A stretch of 64,000 nucleotides of DNA, taken from positions 185,690,001-185,754,000 of the forward strand of contig OZ024742.1 in assembly GCA_964016885.1 (NCBI GenBank). Direction: 5' to 3'. A program made the position numbers and the translations under genes. The stretch is from Eledone cirrhosa (taxonomy: Eukaryota). The notes below the pieces were generated by a model. It had not been told where the DNA came from and made no database searches. It worked only from the letters and a program-made list of their open reading frames with translations. Shown here piece by piece: positions 1 through 11,810 of this stretch. Positions within the stretch are counted from its first letter, which is position 1. The number at the start of each line of letters is the position of its first letter.

Positions 1-405
1 ACAGCAGCAACAATACCACCACCACCAACAACAACAACAACAACAGCAACATCAACAATACCAACAACAACAGCAACAATACCACCACCACCAACAACAA
101 CGACAACGACAACAACAACAGCAACATCAACAATAACAACAACAACAGCAACATCAGCAATAACAACAACAACAACAGCATCAACAATACCAACAACAAC
201 CACACCAGCAACAACACTATCACAAGAACAAACAACAACAATCATACCAACAATAACCACCCACAAATTACTACAACAACAACAGCCACACTAACAGCAA
301 CAACACGAACAATCATCAGAACAACTAAATGAACAACCAACAAATACACCGACTACAACCGCCGCCAACACCACCACCACAACAACAACAACAGCCACAC
401 CAACA
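1..405. repeat. Degenerate (CAA/CAC/CAG)n trinucleotide low-complexity tract
   Basis: Runs of acaacaaca, accaccacc and agcaaca throughout. Confidence 0.9.
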
Positions 406-479
406 TCAGGGGGAAGGGGTGAGGAGGATGGAGATATGAGGGGGGGTGAGTAGGAGGGGTGGAAAGAGGTGGATGGGGG

Positions 480-1155
480 TGAGGAGGAGGAGGTGAAGGG
501 AGAAGGGGAACAAGCGGTGGAGGGGGTGAGAACAGGAAAATAAGAGGAGGGGGTAGGGGGTGAAGGGAGAAGGGGAACAAGAGGTGGAGAGGGTGAGAAC
601 AGGAAAATAGGAGGAGGAGGAGGTGAAGGGAGAAGGGGAACAAGAGGTGGAGGGGGTGAGAACAGGAAAATAGGAGGAGGAGGAGGTGAAGGAAGAAGGG
701 GAACAAGAGGTGGAGGGGGTGAGAACAGGAAAATAGGAGGAGGAGGAGGTGAAGGAAGAAGGGGAACAAGAGGTGGAGGGGGTGAAAATAGGAGGAGGAG
801 GAGGAGTAGGAGGTGAAGGGAGAAGGGGAACAAGAGGTGGAGGAGGTGAGAACAGGAAAATAGGAGGAGGAGGAGGAGGAGGAGTGGGAGGTGAAGGGAG
901 AAGGGGAACAAGAGGTGGAGGAGGTGAGAACAGGAAAATAGGATGAGGAGGAGGAGGAGGAGGAGGAGTAGGAGGTGAAGGGAGAAGGGGAACAAGAGGT
1001 GGAGGGGGTGAGAACAGGAAAATAGGAGGAGGAGGAGGAGGAGGAGTAGGAGGTGAAGGGAGAAGGGGAACAAGAGGTGGAGGGGGTGAGAACAGGAAAA
1101 TAGGAGGAGGAGGAGGAGGAGGAGGCGGGGAAGGAGGAGGAGGAAGAAGAGGAGG
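480..1155. repeat. Purine-rich minisatellite: about 10 units with a fixed core plus a variable (GGA)n tract
   Basis: Core gaggtgaagggagaaggggaacaagaggtggagggggtgagaacaggaaaata recurs every ~60-75 bp. Confidence 0.95.
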
Positions 1156-1324
1156 AACAATAATTAATGCAATAATTGATAACGTAGTAACTAATAAAAC
1201 CAACAATAGAAGCAATATCAATGGCCACAGAGAGAATAATTAAAACAAATGGTGGTGGTGGTGGTGGGGATGGAAGTTGGATTTGGTAGCGGTTGTGGTG
1301 TGGGGGGACAGTGATAGTGGTGGT

Positions 1325-3181
1325 GGTAATAATGGTTGTGGGGAGAGGTAATGGTGGTAGTGGTGGCGGTTGTTGCGGTGGAAGGTAATGGTGGTTGTGG
1401 GGAGAGGTAATGGTGGTAGTGGTGGCGGATGTTGCGGTGGAAGGTAATGGTGGTTGTGGGGAGAGGTAATGGTGGTAGTGGTGGCGGTTGTTGCGGTGGA
1501 AGGTAATGGTGGTTGTGGGGTGGAGTAGTGGTGGTAGTGGTGGCGGATGTTGCGGTGGAAGGTAATGGTGGTTGTGGGGAGAAGTAATGGTGGTAGTGGT
1601 GGCGGATGTTGCGGTGGAAGGTAATGGTGGTTGTGGGGAGAGGTAATGGTGGTAGTGGTGGCGGTTGTTGCGGTGGAAGGTAATGGTGGTTGTGGGGAGA
1701 GGTAATGGTGGTAGTGGTGGCGGTTGTTGCGGTGGAAGGTAATGGTGGTTGTGGGGAGAAGTAATGGTGGTAGTGGTGGCGGTTGTTGCGGTGGAAGGTA
1801 ATGGTGGTTGTGGGGAGAGGTAATGGTGGTAGTGGTGGCGGTTGTTGCGGTGGAAGGTAATGGTGGTTGTGGGGAGAAGTAATGGTGGTAGTGGTGGCGG
1901 TTGTTGCGGTGGAAGGTAATGGTGGTTGTGGGGAGAGGTAATGGTGGTAGTGGTGGCGGTTGTTGCGGTGGAAGGTAATGGTGGTTGTGGGGAGAGGTAA
2001 TGGTGGTAGTGGTGGCGGTTGTTGCGGTGGAAGGTAATGGTGGTTGTGGGGAGAGGTAATGGTGGTAGTGGTGGCGGTTGTTGCGGTGGAAGGTAATGGT
2101 GGTTGTGGGGTGGAGTAGTGGTGGTAGTGGTGGCGGTTGTTGCGGTGGAAGGTAATGGTGGTTGTGGGGAGAAGTAATGGTGGTAGTGGTGGCGGTTGTT
2201 GCGGTGGAAGGTAATGGTGGTTGTGGGGAGAGGTAATGGTGGTAGTGGTGGCGGTTGTTGCGGTGGAAGGTAATGGTGGTTGTGGGGAGAGGTAATGGTG
2301 GTAGTGGTGGCGGTTGTTGCGGTGGAAGGTAATGGTGGTTGTGGGGTGGAGTAGTGGTGGTAGTGGTGGCGGTTGTTGCGGTGGAAGGTAATGGTGGTTG
2401 TGGGGTGGAGTAGTGGTGGTAGTGGTGGCGGTTGTTGCGGTGGAAGGTAATGGTGGTTGTGGGGAGAGGTAATGGTGGTAGTGGTGGCGGATGTTGCGGT
2501 GGAAGGTAATGGTGGTTGTGGGGTGGAGTAGTGGTGGTAGTGGTGGCGGTTGTTGCGGTGGAAGGTAATGGTGGTTGTGGGGAGAGGTAATGGTGGTAGT
2601 GGTGGCGGTTGTTGCGGTGGAAGGTAATGGTGGTTGTGGGGTGGAGTAGTGGTGGTAGTGGTGGCGGTTGTTGCGGTGGAAGGTAATGGTGGTTGTGGGG
2701 TGGAGTAGTGGTGGTAGTGGTGGCGGTTGTTGCGGTGGAAGGTAATGGTGGTTGTGGGGAGAGGTAATGGTGGTAGTGGTGGCGGTTGTTGCGGTGGAAG
2801 GTAATGGTGGTTGTGGGGTGGAGTAGTGGTGGTAGTGGTGGCGGTTGTTGCGGTGGAAGGTAATGGTGGTTGTGGGGAGAGGTAATGGTGGTAGTGGTGG
2901 CGGATGTTGCGGTGGAAGGTAATGGTGGTTGTGGGGAGAGGTAATGGTGGTAGTGGTGGCGGTTGTTGCGGTGGAAGGTAATGGTGGTTGTGGGGAGAGG
3001 TAATGGTGGTAGTGGTGGCGGATGTTGCGGTGGAAGGTAATGGTGGTTGTGGGGTGGAGTAGTGGTGGTAGTGGTGGCGGTTGTTGCGGTGGAAGGTAAT
3101 GGTGGTTGTGGGGAGAGGTAATGGTGGTAGTGGTGGCGGATGTTGCGGTGGAAGGTAATGGTGGTTGTGGGGTGGAGTAGT
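1325..3181. repeat. 59-bp G-rich minisatellite, about 31 copies
   Basis: Unit ggtggtagtggtggcggttgttgcggtggaaggtaatggtggttgtggggagaggtaat shifts 1 nt per 60-nt line. Variants are agaggtaat/tggagtagt/agaagtaat and cggtt/cggat. Confidence 0.97.
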
Positions 3182-3261
3182 GCTAGTAGTGACGAGGACG
3201 ACAACAGCTGCAACTACAATGATACGAACATAAAAAAATTATATTAAAAAAATAATAATTG

Positions 3262-3263
3262 AT

Positions 3264-3300
<37 letters not shown>

Positions 3301-3573
3301 TGGTGGTTCATGTTGTTGTTTGATAATGGTGGTGGTTATGGTGGTTATGGTGATGGTGGTATGGGTGGTGTTGGTGGTTATAGTGGTAGTGGTGGTCGTC
3401 GTCGTCGTCGTGGTTGTTGTGGTGGTGATGATGATAATGATGATAAATTATCAAAGAGGGCAATGATAATCATAATGCTTGTGATAACGCCTATGGCGGC
3501 GACGATGGTTCAAAGGCTGATTGATAATTAAGATAATCATCATCATTATTGACATCATCATTATCATCATCAT
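3262..3573. repeat. Compound trinucleotide microsatellites (GAT, GGT, CGT, CAT)
   Basis: Directly visible runs. Confidence 0.85.
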
Positions 3574-3580
3574 CAAACGT

Positions 3581-3640
3581 AGGCATAGCTGTGTGGTTAA
3601 GGCGTTCGCTTCGCAACCACCTGGTTTCGGGTTCAATTGA
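3581..3640 (+). mobile_element. tRNA-derived SINE head fragment
   Basis: A-box-like tagctgtgtgg and B-box-like ggttcaatt at tRNA spacing, with no tRNA 3' acceptor arm. Confidence 0.55.
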
Positions 3641-3714
3641 CTATAGCCTTGAGTTGTTTGTCCGATATAGACTACTTTGCTTATCTCTATTACTCTCATT
3701 GTGAAGTTTCCTGG

Positions 3715-4480
3715 CAACATAGCCATGCATGATTTTTTTTTTTTTCCTGATAAGGATGCAGCTTTTCATCCATGGATTTATTACGATAATGCTGTACAAA
3801 TTCCCTGGGTATGAATATTAGGTTATCGTACAGGAGTATTTCTTCTTCCTAAATCTCATGATGTTATCTGTTTCGTGTAGACAGACTTGTTCAATAGATG
3901 GGCTCCTACACTTGGTGGTTCGTATATGTTGTCGGAGGGATATGATGCGACACTTAAATGCTGTCTGGATTAATGTTAGGCCTCTTCCTCACTGTTTACG
4001 TTTCAGGTAGAAGCGGTCTATGTCACTGTTGACGTGGAAATTTCCAGTGTTGGTTACAATTTTTCGGGTTTTAACATCGATGGCCCGGATTTCATTTAGC
4101 GTCCAATTAAGTATTCCAAATATTGGTGTCAGGACAGGCACAGCAAACACATTGTGGGCCACTGATTTATTGTACACAGAGAGTTCAGAAGACCATATTT
4201 TTCTTATTCGAGTGTTATATTCCCTAGATATGAGTTCCTTGTTACAAATACCATCATAGGATATATTTTCTTCTATGCCTAAGTATCTGTAGCAGTCCTC
4301 GTCAGATATCGGTAAAACAGTTAGGCCATTGATATAAATGAAGCTAGTTAAGCTTGTAGTTTTTCCACGCTTTACAATCATATTTGAACATTTATCCTGG
4401 CCAAACGTCATTTCTATATCTTTCGAGAACGTTGTAACAAGGTCAAGGTTTTTCTTCGTCCTAGAGTTTCAGGTCATCTA
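3715..4480 (-). mobile_element. Non-LTR retrotransposon RT fragment (RLE-type, R4/Dong-like), degenerate
   Basis: ORF 3989-4411 contains MTFGQDKC...YRYLGIEE...IWSSELSVYNKSVAHNVFAVPVLTP...IDVKTRK...DIDRFYLKRK, typical of RT domains 6-7 and thumb of R4/Dong-like elements. Stops and frameshifts flank it. Confidence 0.85.
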
Positions 4481-5249
4481 CAATGATATTATGGGTTAGG
4501 TTTGTACTCCTGTCATCCTGTGAACCACTTATGTATCCTTCATATTTCTTGAGCAAAAATGACAAGGGGTTTAATAACAGTGTAAATAAATCCTTGAAAT
4601 ACACCCCTGTGATATTCTATTTTATCAGTGAATATAGAGTTCAGGCAGGCCATATGCATTTTATACATTAGATTCTGGCATGTAATGAGTTGATAATTTG
4701 TTTGCTAAGAGGGTGTCTTTGTATGTATGTATGTATGCGCGAGAATATCGAAATACTCGGTTTGCTGCCGGGAGTGAGAGACCCCTAATTCTTGTTAGGA
4801 CATCATCCTAGGAGAAGGAAAACTCTGATGTAAAACCTGCGACTTGATGGCAGGAAATGATGTTAACCTGTTCTTCTTTTTGGAGACCTGTCACAGTTGT
4901 TCAGAAAGTGAGATTGGTCCACTTAAAAAGGCTTCAAGCACAGGCATCTAAATGTATTGCTTGAGCATGGCATTTTCCTCCTTTTTATTTTTTTTTTTTA
5001 TCGCTGTAGCATTTACAGAAAGGAATCTAAGTGATTGGAAACTCTAAAAAGTCATGTTTGTGCCTTCCATGTATGAGAAAAAGGTCAATGAATGGCAAAT
5101 CTCGAAACCGCACATCAGCCATGCATGTATGTGTAGATATGAATCTTATTGTATGTGTAGATGTGTATGTTTTGAGTTGTATGTGTGCATGTGTATATGC
5201 TTAGTTTCTGTACATGTGTATATGCAGTTATAAGATGCAACATTTTTGG

Positions 5250-6290
5250 AATGTTTTACATATTTTTACTGTTCCATTAATCTTTTATTAAGCACTTTTC
5301 TTTCATCTACCTTCTTCAGGTATCGGCGTTTTTCGTTAACAGCTCTCACCCTCTTTGAGGGTGATCAGCTTATATTGAAGAGTTCTGGTTCTACTGTTAC
5401 CAAACATCGTCTCTATTTTATTTTTCACACTTTGTTAGTGAGGAGTGAAGTGTTTTCGTGTTTGTTTGCATGTAAGGAGCAGTGTCACATATCCTATGGG
5501 TTTTCGTAGGTCAGCAACCTTTTTTCACTTTCAGTTATATATGATGGTATTTTTGGTGGTGTTCTGTTATTGTTAATATCTTTGCTATCACCAAGATAAT
5601 GCTTCACTGTCGTTTTTATCTGTCGTAGATATTCATCCCCTATTTCGTCAATAACACGTAGTATTTCATTATTTATTTTTTTATTAAATATTGTTGTTTT
5701 AAAGCGTTCAGCAAGAGACATATTTATACACGAATTAATTTCTCTCTGGAAGATTTCGTTGAGGGAAATTTTCAATTGTTTATACTTTTGATTATTATCA
5801 TTATCGATAGTATTTTCCCCAGCATTCGAGGTAGACTTAGATGGTACACATGGTGTCAAGTTTCTTACAGGCATGGTTGTTTCAAGGCATTGTTCGACCT
5901 GGATACTAGGAAGTCTAGTAGCATGGCGACCTGTAGCACGTATTGTTGATTCCATGTTTCTTGTGGGGCACTTACAATTAATAATATTTATCTTATTTTT
6001 ACGTTCAACAAACGTCGCTTGTTGGCGTAATTGTTTCGCTGTGAAATAATTTAGCTCTGGGTGCATTTCATTGTAGCTTCATTCTCTTCATATAGCCAAT
6101 GTAGGGGATTGTTTTTTGTCATGTTATAACAATTAAATAAATCATCATTAAGTTCGCAACTCCAAGAGAAATGCGATTTATAATTTCGGTCTCTTCTGTA
6201 GCTACAACTGAATAAAGTTTCTTTACCTTTCTTGTTTGTCTTCGATACTTCCTTAATTTTGTTGTTGATGTTGTGTTCAGCCATGCAACA
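5250..6290 (-). mobile_element. N-terminal region of probably the same R4/Dong-like element, frameshifted
   Basis: FSWSCELNDDLFNCY (ORF 6051-6284) continues after a frameshift into HPELNYFTAKQLRQQA (ORF 5494-6066), resembling the N-terminal motif of such ORFs. Same strand as, and upstream of, the RT piece. Confidence 0.6.
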
Positions 6291-6302
6291 GCATGCAACA
6301 GC

Positions 6303-6441
6303 ATGCCTTCATCAGACAAAATACAATATATAACAGTTTTATAAATAGACATTGACGTACCCCTTTAAAAATTGACCGTTGTTTTTGGAGGCCATCTATT
6401 TATAAAACTGTTATATATTGTATTTTGTCTGATGAAGGCAT
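6303..6441. repeat. Perfect 47-bp inverted repeat with a 45-bp spacer
   Basis: 6303-6349 atgccttcatcagacaaaatacaatatataacagttttataaataga is the exact reverse complement of 6395-6441. Confidence 0.95.
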
Positions 6442-6485
6442 ACCATAATGTAACTTGGTATCCTTGAAATATATATAATGAAATA
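6421..6485 (+). ncRNA. Type I hammerhead ribozyme motif (Penelope-like)
   Basis: tattttgt-CTGATGA-aggcatacca/taatgtaact/tggtatcctt-GAAA-tatata-TA-atgaaata. Stem I is 8 bp (2 G-U), stem II is long with a bulge, and stem III is palindromic. Confidence 0.7.
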
Positions 6486-6612
6486 AATATGGTTTTATAA
6501 ATATAGTTTCCATTTATTAATATCGTATATCTACTCCAAATATTTGTCGAGTGCTTTATATCAGTTATAAAAATATTTGCTTGTTGTATCCCAACAATTT
6601 AAATAAAACTTT

Positions 6613-6614
<2 letters not shown>

Positions 6615-6656
<42 letters not shown>

Positions 6657-6706
6657 ATGTATGTATGTATGTATGTATATATGTATATATGTATATATGT
6701 ATGTAT
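6615..6706. repeat. (TA)n / (TATG)n microsatellite
   Basis: Visible run. Confidence 0.9.
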
Positions 6707-6878
6707 TCAATAACTGGGACGGGGTATTCTATATTTATCCCAAGACAGATGTCATTCTATAATGTTTTAGCAACATACTATTGTTTGCTTTGTGTGTCTT
6801 TTCTACCACTCTTATGCGGTGAACACACACACAATTGTTTAAATGGATGACATATTATCAATGTTTATGTTATGCAAG

Positions 6879-7160
6879 TGTGAAGGTACGTGGCTTAGTT
6901 GTTAGGGCGTTCGGTTCACGATCGAAAAGTCGTGAGTTTGACTCTTCGGTTGCGTGTTGTGTCTTTGAGCAAAGCATTGTATTCCAGTCTACTCAATAAG
7001 CAAAAACGACTTCTAACTATAATTTTAAAATCCAGCCTTGTCACACAATGTGTCACGCTGAATCTCCTCAAGAACTATGCTATGGGTACATGTCTCTGTG
7101 GAATGCTCAGTCACTTGCACGTTAGCTCCAGCTTATTGTACCAGATGAAACAGCATTAGT
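6879..7160 (+). mobile_element. tRNA-derived SINE, family A
   Basis: Head gtgaaggtacgtggcttagttgttagggcgttcgg and body ttgtgtctttgagcaaagcatt...ccagccttgtcaca...ctgaatctcc are shared with copies at 17872, 20793 and 21098. Confidence 0.8.
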
Positions 7161-7589
7161 AAGACTTTTTTGAAAAGTATAAAACAACATTATGACAGTG
7201 TTACATTAGAAATTAAAGTCTTTTGTACTTTATTATATCGAGGATGTAAGTATGAAAGGCAAAGTTAATCTGTGTGAGATTTGAACTCAGAATGTTAAGA
7301 GTTGTAACTATATATATTGTCCGAAGTATATTATCCGAGGTTCTAACGTTTCTTTGAATCAACCCAGAAATAATGATATTGTGTATGTATGTGCGTTTAT
7401 ATTTTTGTAAGTAAGCGTTTGAGGTCGATAAATAAAGTACCAGTCTAGTAATGAGGTCGCTTCTTTATCACTATTTCTCACTCACTCTCTCTCTCTCACT
7501 ATTTCTCTATGTTTTTCTTTCTCTTGAAGAAAGCGGTATTCCACTAGGTTTAAATGCCATCATCCTTACGACTTCATGGCTCTTATCAT

Positions 7590-7880
7590 GTATGTTTTTC
7601 ATATGAATATGTTGGTGGAACATGCATTTACTTCTCTATGTAAAAGTAAAGACCTCGTTGGATCACGAATAACCATGGAAGACAAGCAGTCGCCCATGCA
7701 TACCAGTCCACATTCTCCAAAGGATAGGGAAAAACCGATACAACTTGGTACTCATTTCTATAGCTGAGTGAAATAAAGTGTCTTGTTCAAAGTCACAACG
7801 CATCACCCAGTCTGGGAATCGGGCTCACAATCTCATGATTGTGAATCAAACTCTCTAGCCACTAAGCCACGCAGCTTCAC
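7590..7880 (-). mobile_element. SINE related to family A, reverse strand
   Basis: gtgaaataaagtgtcttgttcaaagtcacaacgca...ccactaagccacgcagcttcac is the reverse complement of the family A head and core. The left boundary is approximate. Confidence 0.7.
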
Positions 7881-8029
7881 ATATGTCTGTGTTTAAAAGT
7901 GAGAAAATGGTATAGAATGTGTTGTCTTAATTTATTGCGTAAAAACGTGAGCGCTTCCTTTTTTTCTATTTATTTTATTTTATTTTATTCTTTAACTGCT
8001 TGAATGTTTATAGTTGTTTTGCTGTCCGC

Positions 8030-8590
8030 GTGATTATGTGAGTGTGATGTATACGTGTCCGAGTGAATGTGTATGCGTGTGCGTGTGAATGTGCGTGAAT
8101 TCCTGTGCGTGAATCTGTAGGTTTGTGTGAATATAATGTATATATGTTCGTGTGAACGTGTATATGTGTGTGCGTGTATGTGTATTTGTGTGTGTATGAT
8201 GTATTTATGTTCGTGTGAAAATGTATATACTTGTACGCACGAGTTTTTATAATGTATATATATGATTGTGTGCTTTCTTGCAAAGACATACTTGCGTAAA
8301 ACCGTATCTTTACATCTGCCCTATAGATAACCAGATGAAAGGAGAAAATGAAAAGTGAAAGATGGAAAGAGAAAAAAGGTGAAACATAGAGAGAGATGTT
8401 TAAAGGGAGAGAGGGAGTAGTGGGTAAAGGGAGAGAGAAAAATGAAGAGAGAGATGCGATTAAAGAGAGAGAGAGATGTGGTTAAAGAGAAAGGGAGAGG
8501 CGGATAAAGTGAGGGAAAAGAGATTAAAATGAGAGAGAGTGAGAGGGTGGTTAAAATGAGATAGAGAAATTGAAGTGAGATGAGCAGAGA
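8030..8590. repeat. Degenerate (TG)n tract followed by a (GA)n-rich tract
   Basis: Low-complexity composition. Confidence 0.8.
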
Positions 8591-9627
8591 TTAATTTCTT
8601 ACTCCAAGTTATAAGCTGTAATATTAGGAGAAAAGGTAAATGTGGAGTGTTAGATTCACAATGGTTATGACTTTCCTTGATGCTCTATATGTATTTCTAT
8701 TTTATTATATTTTTTACCGGTTTCAGTCATTAGATCTTGACCATGCTGGAGCACTGCTTTGAAAGAAGAGATTTAGACAATCATAACGATCCCAAGACTT
8801 TTTTTTTCAAGTCTGATACTTATTTTACTTTATTTTTAATCAAACCGCTAAATAATCAAACAATAAACGTAGGTGTAGACAACATCCGATCCAGATAATA
8901 AACATAATATGAATCCAGATAGAATCAAATCTGCCAACCTCTAAAAATCCAAACGCTGCGTACCATGAAAAAAGTGCCCCAAAACGGGGGGAAATGGGGC
9001 AAAACGGGGGAATTTTACGTCAAGAAAGCTATACCCATTTTCACAAGAGAAGATATCTCTCACCCACCCCAACGTGGGAGAGAGATCTCTCCATCGAACG
9101 AGGACAGTTGACAGGTCTGTAGAATGCTTTATCGTATTCGTTCCGGCTCTTTACTCATTGTAATGGAGTCGATATATTGATTTACTCCTCTACAAACTGC
9201 CGGCCATGTGCTTATTTTAGAAACAATATATGAAAATACATCCACCATACTCTTAATTTGTAGGACTTGAATTCAATACCTTTTAATTTAGCAGTACCTT
9301 TTCTGTTTTTAGCATTGTTTGTTTACAATATGAATTAGTATTTCCACTGTTTTAGCTTTGCCTGTTTAAGACGTGGACCATCCAAGCGTGAAACAAATGA
9401 TTTGGCTTTCGAAATAGAGCAACACTAATGGCCATAAACGTACTCAACTCCACAATAATTCGACTAAACGCGACACTAAATTTTGCTCCATAAAACTTAT
9501 AGTTTTTATTGTTGTTTGTTTTGTTATTTAGTTTAAAGTCAGTTCTGGTCAATCAATTTATGGTCAAAAACATAACCGGTTTAATCCAAGCTACATTATT
9601 GTCGATATTCTATTTCAAAGGGAGGGA

Positions 9628-9867
9628 CTATTTTACCGGTCCCGGTAAAATAGAGCCCCAGGCTATTTGCCGGTAAATATTTTTTTTTTTTATTAAGCAG
9701 GCAGGTAATGTTAAAAATAACAACACATAGATTTAACACAGAAGTTTATTTATTTTCACCACTAATTGTTTAGACAATTGAAAATCTAACCCTAACCCTA
9801 ACCCTAACCCTAATACTATTTATATTTACCGGCAAAATAGCTTGGGGGTTCTATTTTACCGAGACCG
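9628..9867. mobile_element. MITE-like element with ~45-bp imperfect TIRs and internal (CCCTAA)n
   Basis: 9637-9680 cggtcccggtaaaatagagccccaggctatttgccggtaaatat pairs with 9822-9867 atatttaccggcaaaatagcttgggggttctattttaccgagaccg. ctaaccctaaccctaaccctaaccctaa lies at 9786-9813. Confidence 0.8.
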
Positions 9868-10292
9868 TATTTTAAAAGGTAAGATCGGACCTGAGTCATA
9901 TTTGGTTAATATTTCTAGCTATTAGATCTTGAAGCTCTTCTCTTGTCTTGTTTCTACACTCAAAATATTCTCAAATCGTGCTTAGCGTCTCGTTGATTCG
10001 ATTTGATAATATTGTACATGGTATGATATAAAGTAGTTAAAGTAAAGAGTCATATATTTGTCATCAATATTCCTTGAATATTGTCCAACATATATGATAA
10101 CATGCAATATATGTCCAATATTTATATATAGACATAGTGTAATATGTGTCCAACATACATATATACACACACGCACACACATATATATATGTGTGTGTGT
10201 TGTAAAATACCAATAAATATTTTGTTTTTTAAGCCGGTACAATGGTAGAAAATATGAAGGGCAAATGATGACAAATGAAACAAAACAAAACA

Positions 10293-10960
10293 TAATGTTT
10301 TACCCAGTGTATTTCAGCATGATATTTCATTACCCTCTTTTCAGATGCGAAGCTGAAACAATCCAAGACAAAACAAACAAGCGGACAGAGTTTTCAGAGT
10401 TTTCTTCCCTAACTGGTTTATTTGTTTGAAAATGTATGCTCATGCGCGGGGTTGCTATAGTAACTATTCTGCCTCGTACATTTCTGACCTAGTATTTATC
10501 TCTGGTTTTATTCGGTTGATGAAAATGGCTTCCTTAATCCTTAAATTGCCCGCATTCCTTTCCGTCACCTCTATGGTGACCTCAATGTCTTGGCTGCGGC
10601 ATCTGTTAAGTCGTTTTTTAACAGAAGAGGCTCTCATCGTTACGTGTTCCTTCGTACGTATGTGTAACCTCTTTAGACTACTCCCGATGTATGAGGAGCT
10701 ACATATTTTGCGTGTTATCTTATAGAACACATATGCTCTCATAAACACCTCTGTGTTGTTGATGGGACAATTACTAAGTGTGCATATATCACTATATATA
10801 TGGAATAGTCTCCTCAAAGAGGATGCCGAATGTGCCAGCCGTATATTCAGTCCCTCCCAACAGATAGCTTGTCTGTTGGCAGCTGTTGTCTTCTCATTGA
10901 AATATATCAGCTTTTGGTAGCCTTGAAATATCATGCTAAAATACACTGGGTAAAACATTA
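10293..10960. repeat. 37-bp inverted repeat pair flanking the GIY-YIG fragment
   Basis: 10293-10329 taatgttttacccagtgtatttcagcatgatatttca pairs with 10924-10960 with 1 mismatch. Confidence 0.9.
10464..10735 (-). mobile_element. Penelope-like GIY-YIG endonuclease fragment
   Basis: VFYKITRKICSSSYIGSSLKRLHIRTKEH...IKEAIFINRIKPEINTRSE matches the PLE C-terminal GIY-YIG pattern VxYxIxCxxC...YIG...R..EH...EA..I...P..N. Confidence 0.85.
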
Positions 10961-11144
10961 CTTATATATATATATATATATATAAATGTATGTATGTATG
11001 TATGTATTGTATACAGGAGACGTATATGTCGGTATAATACCAGTTTCTTACCAAATGCGAAGAAGCTTGATATATCAAGAAGAATACAGAACATATTTCT
11101 TTTAATCAATTGACAACCAAAGAGGTACTTCAAATCATTTCTTT

Positions 11145-11206
11145 AATGTCTACAAGCGTTTCAACTTCAATATTTGCATATAATACTAAAGCATCGTCAG
11201 GGTATT
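11145..11206 (-). ncRNA. Degenerate type I hammerhead ribozyme motif
   Basis: The minus strand reads aatacc-CTGACGA-tgctttagtatt/atatgca/aatattgaagtt-GAAA-cgcttg-TA-gacatt. It has an 11-bp stem II and a GUA triplet, but 2 mismatches in stem I. Confidence 0.55.
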
Positions 11207-11810
11207 GATTTTTTTATTTGCATAATGAGAGTCCGAAAGAAACACAAAAATCATAGTTTTTTTTTAGTTTCATATATTACCACGGACTCGATAGCGTCAT
11301 ATGTTCTTTCATCTCAAACACCACCTTGTAACTTTTTTTTATTTTGAACATTTTTTTCCGGATTTCTATGTTTTAAACACATAAAACATTTTAAATACAG
11401 TAAAGAAATTGAAGAGGTTTTTTTTTATTTTTTAAGAAATACAGATAAAGTTATTTTATCCGAGGGGACGTACAAACAAAGTAGTTACTTAATTGTGCTG
11501 AATAAAACTGTTCAGCAATAAGAAATGAAAAGATTTCTTTTAAAGATTTTTTTTAAAGATTTTTTTTAAAGAAGAATCTTATTTTTATCCGGAAAAGCAC
11601 ATGCGGAGTATTTGATTAATTGTGTATAAAAGTCTTTTTTTTTTTTTTCGGCAGCAAGCGATTAAATATAGATAAAAGCAGATTTAAAAAATAGTTTATA
11701 CTAGATAAGAATATTAAAAACATGCTTACTTATTGAATATGTTTGTCATAAAGAAAACAATGTTTTAAGAAAATTTGTATTGTGTTAATTCTGATATGCA
11801 AAAAAATAGT

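Noticed and set aside
291-3213. Long Pro/His/Thr-rich ORFs (up to 657 aa) resembling extensin or mucin
   Set aside because: They are translations of minisatellites. The 59-bp unit cycles through frames, and several frames are open only because of base composition.
3581-3640. tRNA gene
   Set aside because: No complete cloverleaf. It fits a SINE head better.
4770-4860. Possible ribozyme or RTE 5' UTR (ctaggagaaggaaaactctgatgt)
   Set aside because: CTGATGT is not the hammerhead core, and I could not build a supported fold.
9786-9813. True telomere
   Set aside because: Only about 4.5 units, internal to a MITE.
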